Below are positions 54,713-63,590 of a stretch of DNA of 64,000 nt, in pieces (position 1 is the first letter of the stretch; each line of letters starts with the position of its first letter). Under the pieces are notes generated by a model. The model did not search any database and had not been told where the DNA came from. It saw only the letters and a list, made by a program, of their open reading frames with translations. The stretch is from Acidimicrobiia bacterium (GTDB taxonomy: Bacteria; Actinomycetota; Acidimicrobiia; IMCC26256; JBMOIW01). The stretch lies in NCBI GenBank assembly GCA_049317145.1, contig JBMOIW010000002.1:2121-66120 (forward strand), written 5' to 3'. The translations under genes and the position numbers were made by a program.

Positions 54713-55315
54713 GTGGCCGGGTACTACGAGGGTCCGATCCAGACTCTGATCGACGAACTTGGTCGCCTCCCTGGCGTTGGCCCGAAATCCGCACAACGCA
54801 TTGCGTTCCATTTGCTGAAAGTGCCGACCGAAGACACGCGTCGACTTGCCGATGCAATTACCGATGCGAAAGCCCGGGTGACGTGGTGCGGGCGCTGCTT
54901 CAATCTGGCTGATGGTGATTTTTGCGCGATTTGTCGCGATGAGCGACGCGACACTGCGGTGCTGTGCATCGTCGAAGAGCCGCGCGATGTTGTGGCGATC
55001 GAGCGAACCCAAGAGTTCAAAGGTCGCTACCACGTGCTGCAGGGCGCAATTAGTCCGATCGAAGGGGTTGGCCCGGAGCAACTTCGGATCCGCGAACTCT
55101 TGGCCCGCATCAGCGAAGAGGGAACCGATGAGGTCATCTTGGCCACCAATCCCAACATCGAAGGGGAAGCCACTGCGATGTATCTCGTCCGGCTTCTCAA
55201 GCCGCTTGGGGTCAAAGTGACACGCATTGCGAGCGGTCTGCCCGTCGGTGGGGATCTTGAATATGCCGACGAAATCACCTTGGGTCGCGCACTCGAAGGT
55301 CGTCGCGAAATGTAG
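54713..55315 (+). CDS. recR: recombination protein RecR
   Basis: '[17 protein letters not shown]' (HhH), a C4 zinc finger 'CGRCFNL...CAIC', and a Toprim region. Confidence 0.92.
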   Translation: MAGYYEGPIQTLIDELGRLPGVGPKSAQRIAFHLLKVPTEDTRRLADAITDAKARVTWCGRCFNLADGDFCAICRDERRDTAVLCIVEEPRDVVAIERTQEFKGRYHVLQGAISPIEGVGPEQLRIRELLARISEEGTDEVILATNPNIEGEATAMYLVRLLKPLGVKVTRIASGLPVGGDLEYADEITLGRALEGRREM

Positions 55316-55323
55316 GAATGTGC

Positions 55324-56463
55324 CTACGCGTCGGCAAGCGCGCGGGTAATGACTTTGCCAACGGCTTCATGTTCAACGAGAAAACCGTCGTGGCCGGCCA
55401 TGGACCCGATTATTTCCACGCCGGTGACGCCGGGAATGAGGTGTGCGAGTTCGTACTGCTGCCGTAGCGGGTACAACCGATCGCTCGAAACTCCGGCAAT
55501 CGTGGTTTCGGCGGTAATGCGTGCCAGTGCGGCGGCAACACCACCGCGGTGGCGACCGACATCGTGATGGTTCATGGCGCGCGTGAGTGAGACATAGGTG
55601 TTGGCATCGAAGCGTTTCACCAGTTTCTCGGCGTGATAGTCGAGGTAGCTCTCAATCGCGTAGCGCCCGCCGTCGAGCGGGTCTTCATCGCCCTGCGGAA
55701 GACGGGCAAAGCGTGTGTGGAACTCAAGTTCGGAGCGGTAGCTCACTTGGCCAATTGCACGCGCCAGCATCATCCCGGCGTGCGGGCCGGCTCCAGGTTC
55801 TGCGTCGTAGTAATCCCCGTTACGAAAGTTCGGGTCCGCAGCAATGGCGCGCATTTGCATGGCACCGAGCGCGATTTGTTCGGCGCTCGACGCGGCACAC
55901 GTGCTAATCGCTACGCAACGCGCAACGCGTTCGGGGAAGCTGACCGCCCACTCGAGTGCGCGCATCCCGCCCATCGATCCGCCGATAACTGCCGCCCAAC
56001 GATCAATGCCGAGCGCATTGGCGAGTGCTGCTTCGATGACGGTTTGATCGCGCACTGTGGTGACCGGGAACCGCGAACCAAACGGTTTGCCGTCGGGTGC
56101 GAGCGATGACGGACCAGTCGTACCTTGGCAACCGCCGATGACGTTCGGGCACACCACAAAGAAGCGATCGGTATCGATTGCTTTCCCGGGGCCGATGAGA
56201 TCGTCCCACCAGCCGGGAGTGATGTGGCCGTGGCCTGCTTTTCCTGCGGCGTGGCTATCACCCGAAAACGCGTGGAGTACCAACACCGCATTGGAAGTGT
56301 CAGCGTTGCGTTCCCCCCACGTTTCGTACGCGATGGTCACGTCCGAAAGAAAGCCACCGGATTCGAGTGCGTGAGGCCGTTCGCGAAAGAGCGCGGCGAA
56401 CTGTCGGCGTCCGGGGAAGTCTTCGGGCTTCCATGCCCCGGTCACTGGGAGCAATGTGGCCAT
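55324..56463 (-). CDS. metX: homoserine O-acetyltransferase
   Basis: 'VLVLHAFSGDSHAAG' and 'VIGGSMGGMRALEWA', in the alpha/beta-hydrolase MetX pattern. Confidence 0.9.
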   Translation of the reverse strand: MATLLPVTGAWKPEDFPGRRQFAALFRERPHALESGGFLSDVTIAYETWGERNADTSNAVLVLHAFSGDSHAAGKAGHGHITPGWWDDLIGPGKAIDTDRFFVVCPNVIGGCQGTTGPSSLAPDGKPFGSRFPVTTVRDQTVIEAALANALGIDRWAAVIGGSMGGMRALEWAVSFPERVARCVAISTCAASSAEQIALGAMQMRAIAADPNFRNGDYYDAEPGAGPHAGMMLARAIGQVSYRSELEFHTRFARLPQGDEDPLDGGRYAIESYLDYHAEKLVKRFDANTYVSLTRAMNHHDVGRHRGGVAAALARITAETTIAGVSSDRLYPLRQQYELAHLIPGVTGVEIIGSMAGHDGFLVEHEAVGKVITRALADA

Positions 56464-56537
56464 GGTGTGTTGATCGGCGCTCTCTCCGCCCGGATGACCC
56501 TCTCGGAACCGATCCCAGGGCGGGGAAGGTCGGTTGC

Positions 56538-57824
56538 CTATCGCTGGGATTGCTCCAGCGCCGAGGCGAGGTCCTCGAGGATATCGGAGATGGTCTCGAT
56601 CCCGATCGAGAGCCGCACCATCCCGGGGTGGACCCCGGCGGTGAGCTGCTCGGCCTCGGTGAGCTGCGCGTGGGTGGTGCTCGCGGGGTGAATCACCAAA
56701 CTCCGGACGTCGCCCACGTTGGCGAGATGACTAAAGAGCTTGAGCGATTCAACGAACTTGGCCCCTGCAGCTTTGCCACCCACAATGCCGAACGACATGA
56801 TTGCGCCACCACCCTTGGGCGCGTACTTGCGTTGGTTGGCATTCCATGGACTCGACGCAAGACCGGGGTACGAAACCCATTCGACTTCGGGACGCGCTTC
56901 TAAGAACTCGGCAACTGCAGTGGCGTTGGCGACATGGCGTTCCATACGTAGTGACAATGTCTCGATGCCTTGCAAAATGAGGAACGCATTCATCGGAGCG
57001 ATCGCAGCACCAATGTCGCGCAAGAGTTGGACGCGCGCTTTGGCAATGTAGGCCGCGTTGCCGAGCGCTTCGCTATAGACCAGCCCGTGATAACTCGGAT
57101 CCGGTTCGGTGAAGTTGGGGAAACGTCCGCTGGCTGCGTAATCAAAGGTGCCACCGTCAACAATGATTCCGGCAATCGTGGTGCCGTGCCCGCCTAAAAA
57201 TTTTGTAGCGGAGTGAATGACGATATTTGCACCCCAGCGCAGCGGGTTGACCAAATACGGAGATGCGAGCGTGTTGTCGACAATGAGTGGGACGCCTGCT
57301 TCGCGCGCGACGCCGGCGACGCCTTCGATGTCGAGTACATCGCCTTTCGGGTTTCCAATCGTTTCACCATAGAGCGCTTTGGTGTTAGGACGGATTGCTT
57401 TGCGCCACGAATCAAGGTCATCGGCGTCATCGACAAAGTCAACCTCGATGCCGAGCTTGGGCAAGGTGTAGTGAAAGAGGTTGTAGGTACCTCCATAGAG
57501 CGATGCGCTCGACACGACGTGGTCGCCGGATTGCGCCAGGTTCAGCAGCGCCATCGTCTCGGCGGCTTGTCCGGAGGCAACCGCCAGCGCCCCGATGCCC
57601 CCTTCGAGGTCGGCGACCCGCGCCTCGAGCGCGCCTTGCGTGGGATTCATGATGCGGGTGTAGATGTTGCCGGACTCCGCCAACCCGAAGAGGTTCGCGG
57701 CATGTTCAGTGTCGCGAAACACATAGCTCGTGGTCTGATAGATCGGTACCGCTCGGGCCCCAGTTGTTGGATCCGGCTCGGTTCCGGCGTGGATTTGGCG
57801 GGTCTCGAAACCCCAGTCAGTCAT
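56538..57824 (-). CDS. metY: O-acetylhomoserine aminocarboxypropyltransferase (sulfhydrylase)
   Basis: A PLP enzyme of the Cys/Met metabolism family. 'IHSATKFLGGHG' carries the PLP lysine. 428 aa. Confidence 0.9.
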   Translation of the reverse strand: MTDWGFETRQIHAGTEPDPTTGARAVPIYQTTSYVFRDTEHAANLFGLAESGNIYTRIMNPTQGALEARVADLEGGIGALAVASGQAAETMALLNLAQSGDHVVSSASLYGGTYNLFHYTLPKLGIEVDFVDDADDLDSWRKAIRPNTKALYGETIGNPKGDVLDIEGVAGVAREAGVPLIVDNTLASPYLVNPLRWGANIVIHSATKFLGGHGTTIAGIIVDGGTFDYAASGRFPNFTEPDPSYHGLVYSEALGNAAYIAKARVQLLRDIGAAIAPMNAFLILQGIETLSLRMERHVANATAVAEFLEARPEVEWVSYPGLASSPWNANQRKYAPKGGGAIMSFGIVGGKAAGAKFVESLKLFSHLANVGDVRSLVIHPASTTHAQLTEAEQLTAGVHPGMVRLSIGIETISDILEDLASALEQSQR

Positions 57825-57839
57825 GTGGGCTCCTTAGGA

Positions 57840-57873
57840 GCGGAGAGTTCGTGCGGAGAGTCCTTGCGGAGTG
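57840..57873 (-). promoter_or_regulatory. three 13-nt-phased CUC(UC)CGC (anti-SD-like) repeats in the metY 5' leader
   Basis: On the plus strand, gcggagagt begins at 57840 and 57853, and gcggagtg begins at 57866. On the mRNA these lie just upstream of the AAGGAG SD (about 7 nt before ATG 57824). Confidence 0.35.
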
Positions 57874-58009
57874 TAAACCCGAGGCATTGGCAATTCTTCA
57901 TCTCAAATGTTTTTTGGCCGAGGGTCATTGCGTTGAGTGCGTTTTATGCCTAGAACATGGCGGTTATCGACCGCCGGGTGTCCGGCCTTGACGAAATGAG
58001 AACATCACA

Positions 58010-58369
58010 ATGAGCAGCGTTCCGCCGCCTCCCCCGCCTCCGCCGCCATCGGCTCCAATGCCTCCGATGGGTGGTGGCGCTCCCGCACCGGGTGGCCAAA
58101 TCCAGAACTACCTGGTGCTGAACATCATCGGGACTGCGTTTGCCGTTCTGTGTTGCTGCTTTGTCGGGGGGATCCCGGGCATTATCGGCATCGTTTTCTC
58201 GACGCAGGTCAACAAACTGGCGGCAAGCGGTGACATGGCCGGTGCAATGAGCAAGGCAAACACTGCCAAGATCCTTGGCATCATTAGCATCGCGCTTGGT
58301 GCGCTTGGGCTCGTAGGTTGGATCATCAACATTGTTACGGGTGGCTGGAATTTCAGTACCTCGAACTAA
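58010..58369 (+). CDS. CD225/dispanin-family small membrane protein with poly-Pro N-terminus
   Basis: 'PPPPPPPPP' followed by 'NIIGTAFAVLCCCFVGGIPGIIGIVFSTQV...GDMAGAMSKANTAK', the CD225 pattern. Confidence 0.75.
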   Translation: MSSVPPPPPPPPPSAPMPPMGGGAPAPGGQIQNYLVLNIIGTAFAVLCCCFVGGIPGIIGIVFSTQVNKLAASGDMAGAMSKANTAKILGIISIALGALGLVGWIINIVTGGWNFSTSN

Positions 58370-58373
58370 TGCG

Positions 58374-58799
58374 ATGAACACTGTTACTGCGGCCCGTCGA
58401 CTTCCTGCGAGTGTTGCTCCACTCGCCGTCGGCGCGGCCGCAGTCGCAGGGTGTGCGTTTGTCGCGATGAACGATCCGTCGCACGCGCGGCTTTGGGTCT
58501 GTCCGTTCAAAGCGATGACCGGCCTGCCGTGCCCCGGATGCGGAGCAACTCGGGCGGCATATCAATTGATGCAGGGCAATATTGGCGCCGCGATTCAGTT
58601 CAACGCGGTCGCGGTGTTTTTAGTGTTCCCGCTGTTGATTGCGTTGTATGTGCTGTGGGCGCTACCACGTCTCGGCGGCCCGCAATTGGTCAAGCTGCGC
58701 ATGCCCACATGGGCGGCCTGGACACTGCTAGCAATAACGCTGACCTGGTGGACCGTGCGGCTGTTGCCGTTTGAGCCGTTCCTTGGCTTGCGCGTCTAA
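58374..58799 (+). CDS. DUF2752-family membrane protein
   Basis: 'CPFKAMTGLPCPGCGATRA' hallmark. Trimmed to ATG 58374. Confidence 0.8.
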   Translation: MNTVTAARRLPASVAPLAVGAAAVAGCAFVAMNDPSHARLWVCPFKAMTGLPCPGCGATRAAYQLMQGNIGAAIQFNAVAVFLVFPLLIALYVLWALPRLGGPQLVKLRMPTWAAWTLLAITLTWWTVRLLPFEPFLGLRV

Positions 58800-58820
58800 C
58801 GCGCTACCAGCCTCGCTCGA

Positions 58821-59249
58821 TTACTTCACAAAACGAAATGCAAACGGCGCTTTGTATTGCTCGCCTTTGTTCGCCGCTACGGATCCCATAATCGCGATCA
58901 CCAGTCCATAAATTCCGGCGCCGAGTGCAACCAGCCACACGAGGACGCCGAAGAGGGTGATGAGAACGCTGATCACAAGCGGTAGTAACGCACCGAGAAT
59001 TGCCGTAATAAACCAGAATGCAAAGCCCGCCGCAACGCCGATCGCAACGGTGATGAAGACATTCAGCGATTCGACTGCGTTGGCGCGAACAAATTGAGAG
59101 TCCTTGCCCTTGGTTAACATGATGATCAGCGGAGCAAGGAAACCGAGTCCGCAGCCCACGAAGTTCACGATGAGCGCGCCGAGCCACGCGAACATGCCCC
59201 AGGTCTTGTCGTCGCTGGTGGGTCCAGTGGGCGGAACGGGGACGGTCAT
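58821..59249 (-). CDS. DUF4870-family membrane protein, copy 1
   Basis: 'DDKTWGMFAWLGALI...LAPLIIMLTKGKDSQFVRANAVESLNVFITV'. Confidence 0.75.
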   Translation of the reverse strand: MTVPVPPTGPTSDDKTWGMFAWLGALIVNFVGCGLGFLAPLIIMLTKGKDSQFVRANAVESLNVFITVAIGVAAGFAFWFITAILGALLPLVISVLITLFGVLVWLVALGAGIYGLVIAIMGSVAANKGEQYKAPFAFRFVK

Positions 59250-59302
59250 GGTCTTCTCCTGGTCGACGCAGTTCGGGCTGGATCATATGACGCATCGAGT
59301 CT

Positions 59303-59343
59303 GAGAAAAGGAAGCGCCCCCGGGTCAACAACCGGGGGCGCTT
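59303..59343 (-). terminator. intrinsic terminator between the two DUF4870 genes
   Basis: 12-bp stem aagcgcccccgg-N8-ccgggggcgctt. On the minus strand it is followed by CCTTTTCTC. Confidence 0.6.
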
Positions 59344-59365
59344 TCGACTTGCGGTACAGCGTGAG

Positions 59366-59713
59366 TTACTTGACCATGCGGATGTTGACTGGGCAGCGGT
59401 ATTCCTCGCCGGCGTAGGCCTTAATCGCGCCCATGATGCAGAAGATGATGTGCACGATGGCTGCAGCCAACACGATCAGAATCCCAACGAGGATGATGGT
59501 CAGAATGAAGCCGACGACATACGCGATGGCGATCACGATGCCGAAGTTCAGTGCTTCGACCGAGTTGGCCCGGACAAACGGCGACTCTTTGCCCTTTGTC
59601 AGCATGACCACCAATGGGCCAATGATCGGGAAGAAGTAGGCGGCACCCCAGGCGATCAAGCCCCAGGTCTTGTCGTCGCTCGATACGCCGCCGGCGGGCG
59701 GGACTGCAGTCAT
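59366..59713 (-). CDS. DUF4870-family membrane protein, copy 2
   Basis: Track ORF trimmed to ATG 59713. 'DDKTWGLIAWGAAYFFPIIGPLVVMLTKGKESPFVRANSVEALNFGIVI'. Confidence 0.75.
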   Translation of the reverse strand: MTAVPPAGGVSSDDKTWGLIAWGAAYFFPIIGPLVVMLTKGKESPFVRANSVEALNFGIVIAIAYVVGFILTIILVGILIVLAAAIVHIIFCIMGAIKAYAGEEYRCPVNIRMVK

Positions 59714-59891
59714 GGATTTCCCCCTTGTCTGTGCCCGCAAGCACAGCGCCGCGGAACGTGGGTCAGCATAGGCGGGCGTTAGCGCGGCAGAAGCGTTTCT
59801 GTTGGGTCGGGAGGATCCTGGCGCGGTGGAAGCGCCCGACCTATGGTGCGCTCCTTCGGCAGAAGTGCCAGGCAATGCAGGGAGGCAACTG

Positions 59892-60554
59892 GTGTTACCC
59901 GAGACAGTCCACGTCGGTACGTTGACCTTCACAGTCGCCCGCCTCGAAGCGAGCCCGGAGCTCCATGGCGAAACCCAGTTTCGCCATTCACGGATCCTTG
60001 TGCACCCCAGCCTCAAAGGCGAGATGGCGGTCGGAATCTTCGTGCACGAACTCTGCCATGCCATTGCGTATTGCGCAGGCCAGCATCGCAGCGACACCCG
60101 CGGCGAGGAGTACGTCACCAATCTCGGTCACATCGTCCATGGGTTAGCCAAGGGCAATCCTGCCTTGGTCGACTACATGACGGGGATCGGACCCATCCCC
60201 GCCGAGATCACGGTGTTCCCGTTCCCAATCCGCGTGCGCAGTGTTGCTGCGTCCGAACTTGCACCGGATGACTTCAGCGAGCTCGACGAGGAGAATCTTT
60301 TGATTCGTGTCGCCGACGACGTTGCACCCGAGGTTGGGTGTTGGGAGATTACGACGCAAGCGCTGACGTTTGCTTTTCGTCGAACGAAGGCGGCCGCAAC
60401 CGCCGATCGCCAAGTCGAGTTGCTCACACCCGTCGCTGGATTATTGATCGACACAATCCGCCGCAATCCCGAGGTTGCCGCAATTCTTTCCGAACCGATT
60501 CGGCGAGAGACGGTACTGCGCGCGGTTTCGGAGGAAAACGATCTTGCGGTATAG
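59892..60554 (+). CDS. hypothetical protein with HExxH zinc-metallopeptidase-like motif
   Basis: GTG 59892 lies 6 nt after GGAGG. 'MAVGIFVHELCHAIAY' contains HELCH. The rest is unassigned. Confidence 0.55.
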   Translation: MLPETVHVGTLTFTVARLEASPELHGETQFRHSRILVHPSLKGEMAVGIFVHELCHAIAYCAGQHRSDTRGEEYVTNLGHIVHGLAKGNPALVDYMTGIGPIPAEITVFPFPIRVRSVAASELAPDDFSELDEENLLIRVADDVAPEVGCWEITTQALTFAFRRTKAAATADRQVELLTPVAGLLIDTIRRNPEVAAILSEPIRRETVLRAVSEENDLAV

Positions 60555-60563
60555 CACTGGCGT

Positions 60564-61307
60564 CTAGTCGCGTCGCGCCTTTGCTGCCACGACTCCTTCT
60601 AGAAAGCTCTCCGGATGCCAGTTGGTTGGCGCGCCCGTAACGAGGGGTTGAATACGCGCTGCCAATTGCTCAGCCAGATGCACCCGTGCCCCGAATGCAA
60701 TTTGCGTACGGCGTTCAATAAACGATCGGATCACCGCAGTATCGCGAGGAGAAACCCGGCTGACGTCCCATCGTAAGAACGGAGCATTTGGCGCATACGC
60801 TGCGGGCTGCAAACGAGCGCGTCGAGTAAGTATCGGGCGTTCGTCGTAGATCACGAGTGTCCCGGCGGCAAGATCGCCCAAGCGCTGATTGCTCGGTGAG
60901 GCGAATGCACTCGCTACTGCGAGAACCGGGAGCCCGAACACTTCGATCGGCCAGAACAGACCACGAATAGCCGCTGCGACGAAGTCAATCCGACCGCCGT
61001 CGAGACGCGTGACGCGCAGTCCCACTGCCATGTGCCCTAAGGTTCGGCCACGGAAATCACTTTCGAAGACGACGTGGTACCCCCAGATGACGGCAAAGCT
61101 GGTAACGGTCCACACCGCAATCCCGAGCGCGTCGGTTAGTACTGCGCTGAAGAAACCGAGTCCGAACAGAACCAGGAGCAACGCAGCAGCGAGGGCCATG
61201 ACATCAATTGCCGTGGCACAAAATCGGGAACCGACACCAGCAACGTTGACGGAAAAATCGATTCCTTCCGGAGTCTCGATTCGATGATGGTTGAGGACTG
61301 AGGTCAT
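60564..61307 (-). CDS. RDD-family membrane protein
   Basis: 'TPEGIDFSVNVAGVGSRFCATAIDV' and TM segments. Start is ATG 61307 (alternative 61331). Confidence 0.75.
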   Translation of the reverse strand: MTSVLNHHRIETPEGIDFSVNVAGVGSRFCATAIDVMALAAALLLVLFGLGFFSAVLTDALGIAVWTVTSFAVIWGYHVVFESDFRGRTLGHMAVGLRVTRLDGGRIDFVAAAIRGLFWPIEVFGLPVLAVASAFASPSNQRLGDLAAGTLVIYDERPILTRRARLQPAAYAPNAPFLRWDVSRVSPRDTAVIRSFIERRTQIAFGARVHLAEQLAARIQPLVTGAPTNWHPESFLEGVVAAKARRD

Positions 61308-62303
61308 ATGAATCTCGAGCGCTTTGTGCAACGCCGCTCCGCCGACTGGCTCGAGCTCGAAACGCTGCTCTTGAATACCGGCGGTCGGGCACGACTACTC
61401 AAGGTGTCGGGCGTGCGGCGCATGTTTGCACTGTACCGGGCGGCAGCGGCCGATCTTGCCTATGCCCGTCGCGAGTTTCCGGGCGAACCCGAAGTCTTGC
61501 GGCTTGACGATCTGGTGCGCCGAGCGAGCCAAACCGTGTACGGCGGGGTGCGCACGAAACGCTGGAACCCGCTGACGTGGCTCACGACCGGTCTGTGGCG
61601 CTGCATTGCCGAACGCCCGCTTGCAGTTCTCGTGTGTGTCCTGGCGTTGATGGGCCCATTCGTCCTGTCCGCAGTTTGGGCCAATCTCGATCCGGTGAAT
61701 GCCTCCGTGCTCGCACCAGCGGGCACGGAAAGTGTCGTGCAACGCGAGTCCGCAAACTTCCAGCTTTCCCCCGAAGAAAAAGCCGCGGTCTCAGCGCAGA
61801 TCTTCACCAACAACATTCAAATTGCATTCCTCGTCTTCGTTGCTGGTATCGCCGCGGGTATCGGGTCGATTGCGATGTTGATGTATCAAGGCGTCGTGCT
61901 GGGGGCGATATTTGGCCTCACGATTCAAGCAGGGAACAGCGCAGTGCTCTGGCAGTTTGTTGTACCCCACGGGTTCCTCGAATTGTCGTGCATCATCGTT
62001 GCGGGAGTTGCGGGGCTCCGCCTCGGATGGACGCTCGTCGATCCCGGCTATCGTTCGAGGGCGCAAGCACTGCGCGAAGAGTCACTCGCCGCAGTCCAGA
62101 TCGTGTTGGGGGTTGCGCTCACCCTTTTGCTATGTGGGATCTTCGAGGGCTCGATCAGCACCGCAGGCCTACCAACCCCGCTCGGGATTACTGTCGGTGT
62201 GTTGCTTGCGGGGTTGTTTTGGACGCTGGTCGTTGTCCGCGGCCGCATCGGTCGTGGGCAACAAGCCGTTGGATCAGATTCGGTTTCGGCGCTTGGCGTC
62301 TAG
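61308..62303 (+). CDS. SpoIIM-like (DUF95) membrane protein
   Basis: N-terminal soluble helix bundle 'FVQRRSADWLELETLL...YRAAAADLAYARREFP' followed by about 6 TM segments. Confidence 0.7.
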   Translation: MNLERFVQRRSADWLELETLLLNTGGRARLLKVSGVRRMFALYRAAAADLAYARREFPGEPEVLRLDDLVRRASQTVYGGVRTKRWNPLTWLTTGLWRCIAERPLAVLVCVLALMGPFVLSAVWANLDPVNASVLAPAGTESVVQRESANFQLSPEEKAAVSAQIFTNNIQIAFLVFVAGIAAGIGSIAMLMYQGVVLGAIFGLTIQAGNSAVLWQFVVPHGFLELSCIIVAGVAGLRLGWTLVDPGYRSRAQALREESLAAVQIVLGVALTLLLCGIFEGSISTAGLPTPLGITVGVLLAGLFWTLVVVRGRIGRGQQAVGSDSVSALGV

Positions 62304-63590
62304 ATACGCGGCGACTACGGATTCGGAGAACGTCGCAATGGGCGCCTCTATAACCTGAGCTCCTGATCGCTGAAGATTGGCCACGACGAGCGACCTCGCT
62401 TCGAGCACGTCCAGCGCGGCAGACGCCAGGTAACTGTCCCGTACGCCGCGTGGTGGAATGGTCAGCGTTGCGCTCAGCTCTGGGTCAGCGATCGAAGCGA
62501 TGACCACGCGATGCTTGCGGATGAGCCACGGCATTGCATCCAAGAGCGGTCGTGCGGCTCGCTCCTCGACCAGGTCGGTAAACACGCACACAAATGCACG
62601 CTTGCGGCGGCTCACGATGCGGAATGCAAGCTCGTAATCCGAGTCCGTCAAGCGCGGTTCGAGGTCAAAACTCGCGCGGACAACCCGTTCGCCGGCATCG
62701 CGTCGGGGTGTGACTTCGCGACGAACTTGGTCGTCGAACGCGAGAAATCCGGCACGATCTCCGACAACGTCGGCAGAACGAACCAATGCGGCGACCGCGT
62801 CGAGCGTCACGTCGAGTCGAGTCAAATTCCCGATTGGCGCGGCGAGGAGGCGACCGCAGTCCACAACAGCAATGACGTCGCGGTCTTGTTCGATGCGGAA
62901 TTGATTGCTCATCGGTTTGGCAACTCGAGCGGTGGCGCGCCAATTCACTTGGCGGATGTCGTCATCGGGCTGATAATCGCGAACTGCTTCAAATTCGGTG
63001 CCAAGGCCGAGCGGGCCGCGCCGGATACGACTCGGATCACTGAAGCGATTGCGGCGCACTCGCGCCACGATCCGTTCGGCGGCGATCACATCAGGAAACA
63101 CCAGTATTTCTGCACTGGGGACGCCAAGTCGGCGCCATGAGGCCAATCCCAACGGGCCCGTAATGCGCATGACGAGCTCGGGCAGGGTGTGGCGACCTCG
63201 GCGTATGCCGGTAATGGAAGCTGCTAACGGTGCACTGTCGATGCTCGGATTGACGGCGAGATCTGCCGTCGATGGTTGTCGCAAGAGCGCCCGACTTGCT
63301 GGGGGAGGGCTCGCGTCGGCCGCAAGTTCTACTGGGACGCCGCGCGGCAAGATCGCGGATACCTTCCGCGACGCAGCGGTCTGGCCTCGTGCTGCAATCG
63401 CGTCGACGACAATGAGCCCAAACAATATGAATGCAAACGCATAACTGAAGATTGGCGGCACCAAGATTGCGAAGGGGGCAGCAACCGTAATGATCCATGC
63501 TGTGCGGGTGGTTGGACCCACGGGGCCAACGATGCACACAACCGCGGCGAGGCCAATGACCCCAAGGCCGATGAGGAGCCAGAGCGGCAT
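62274..63590 (-). CDS. DUF58 domain-containing protein
   Basis: Trimmed to ATG 63590 (TAATG overlap with the moxR stop). Two N-terminal TM segments. 'GTEFEAVRDYQPDDDIRQVNWRATAR' is the DUF58 hallmark. Confidence 0.8.
   Translation of the reverse strand: MPLWLLIGLGVIGLAAVVCIVGPVGPTTRTAWIITVAAPFAILVPPIFSYAFAFILFGLIVVDAIAARGQTAASRKVSAILPRGVPVELAADASPPPASRALLRQPSTADLAVNPSIDSAPLAASITGIRRGRHTLPELVMRITGPLGLASWRRLGVPSAEILVFPDVIAAERIVARVRRNRFSDPSRIRRGPLGLGTEFEAVRDYQPDDDIRQVNWRATARVAKPMSNQFRIEQDRDVIAVVDCGRLLAAPIGNLTRLDVTLDAVAALVRSADVVGDRAGFLAFDDQVRREVTPRRDAGERVVRASFDLEPRLTDSDYELAFRIVSRRKRAFVCVFTDLVEERAARPLLDAMPWLIRKHRVVIASIADPELSATLTIPPRGVRDSYLASAALDVLEARSLVVANLQRSGAQVIEAPIATFSESVVAAYLDAKRRNRI

Noticed and set aside
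57825-58009. Calling the metY leader an S-box (SAM-I) or SAM-IV riboswitch outright.
   Set aside because: I could not find the conserved cores by eye on either strand (for example GAGGGA...GCCC...GCAACC for SAM-I, or GGUCAUGAG...GGUGCCCCGGGUGAUGACC for SAM-IV). It is kept only as an unclassified candidate leader in the findings.
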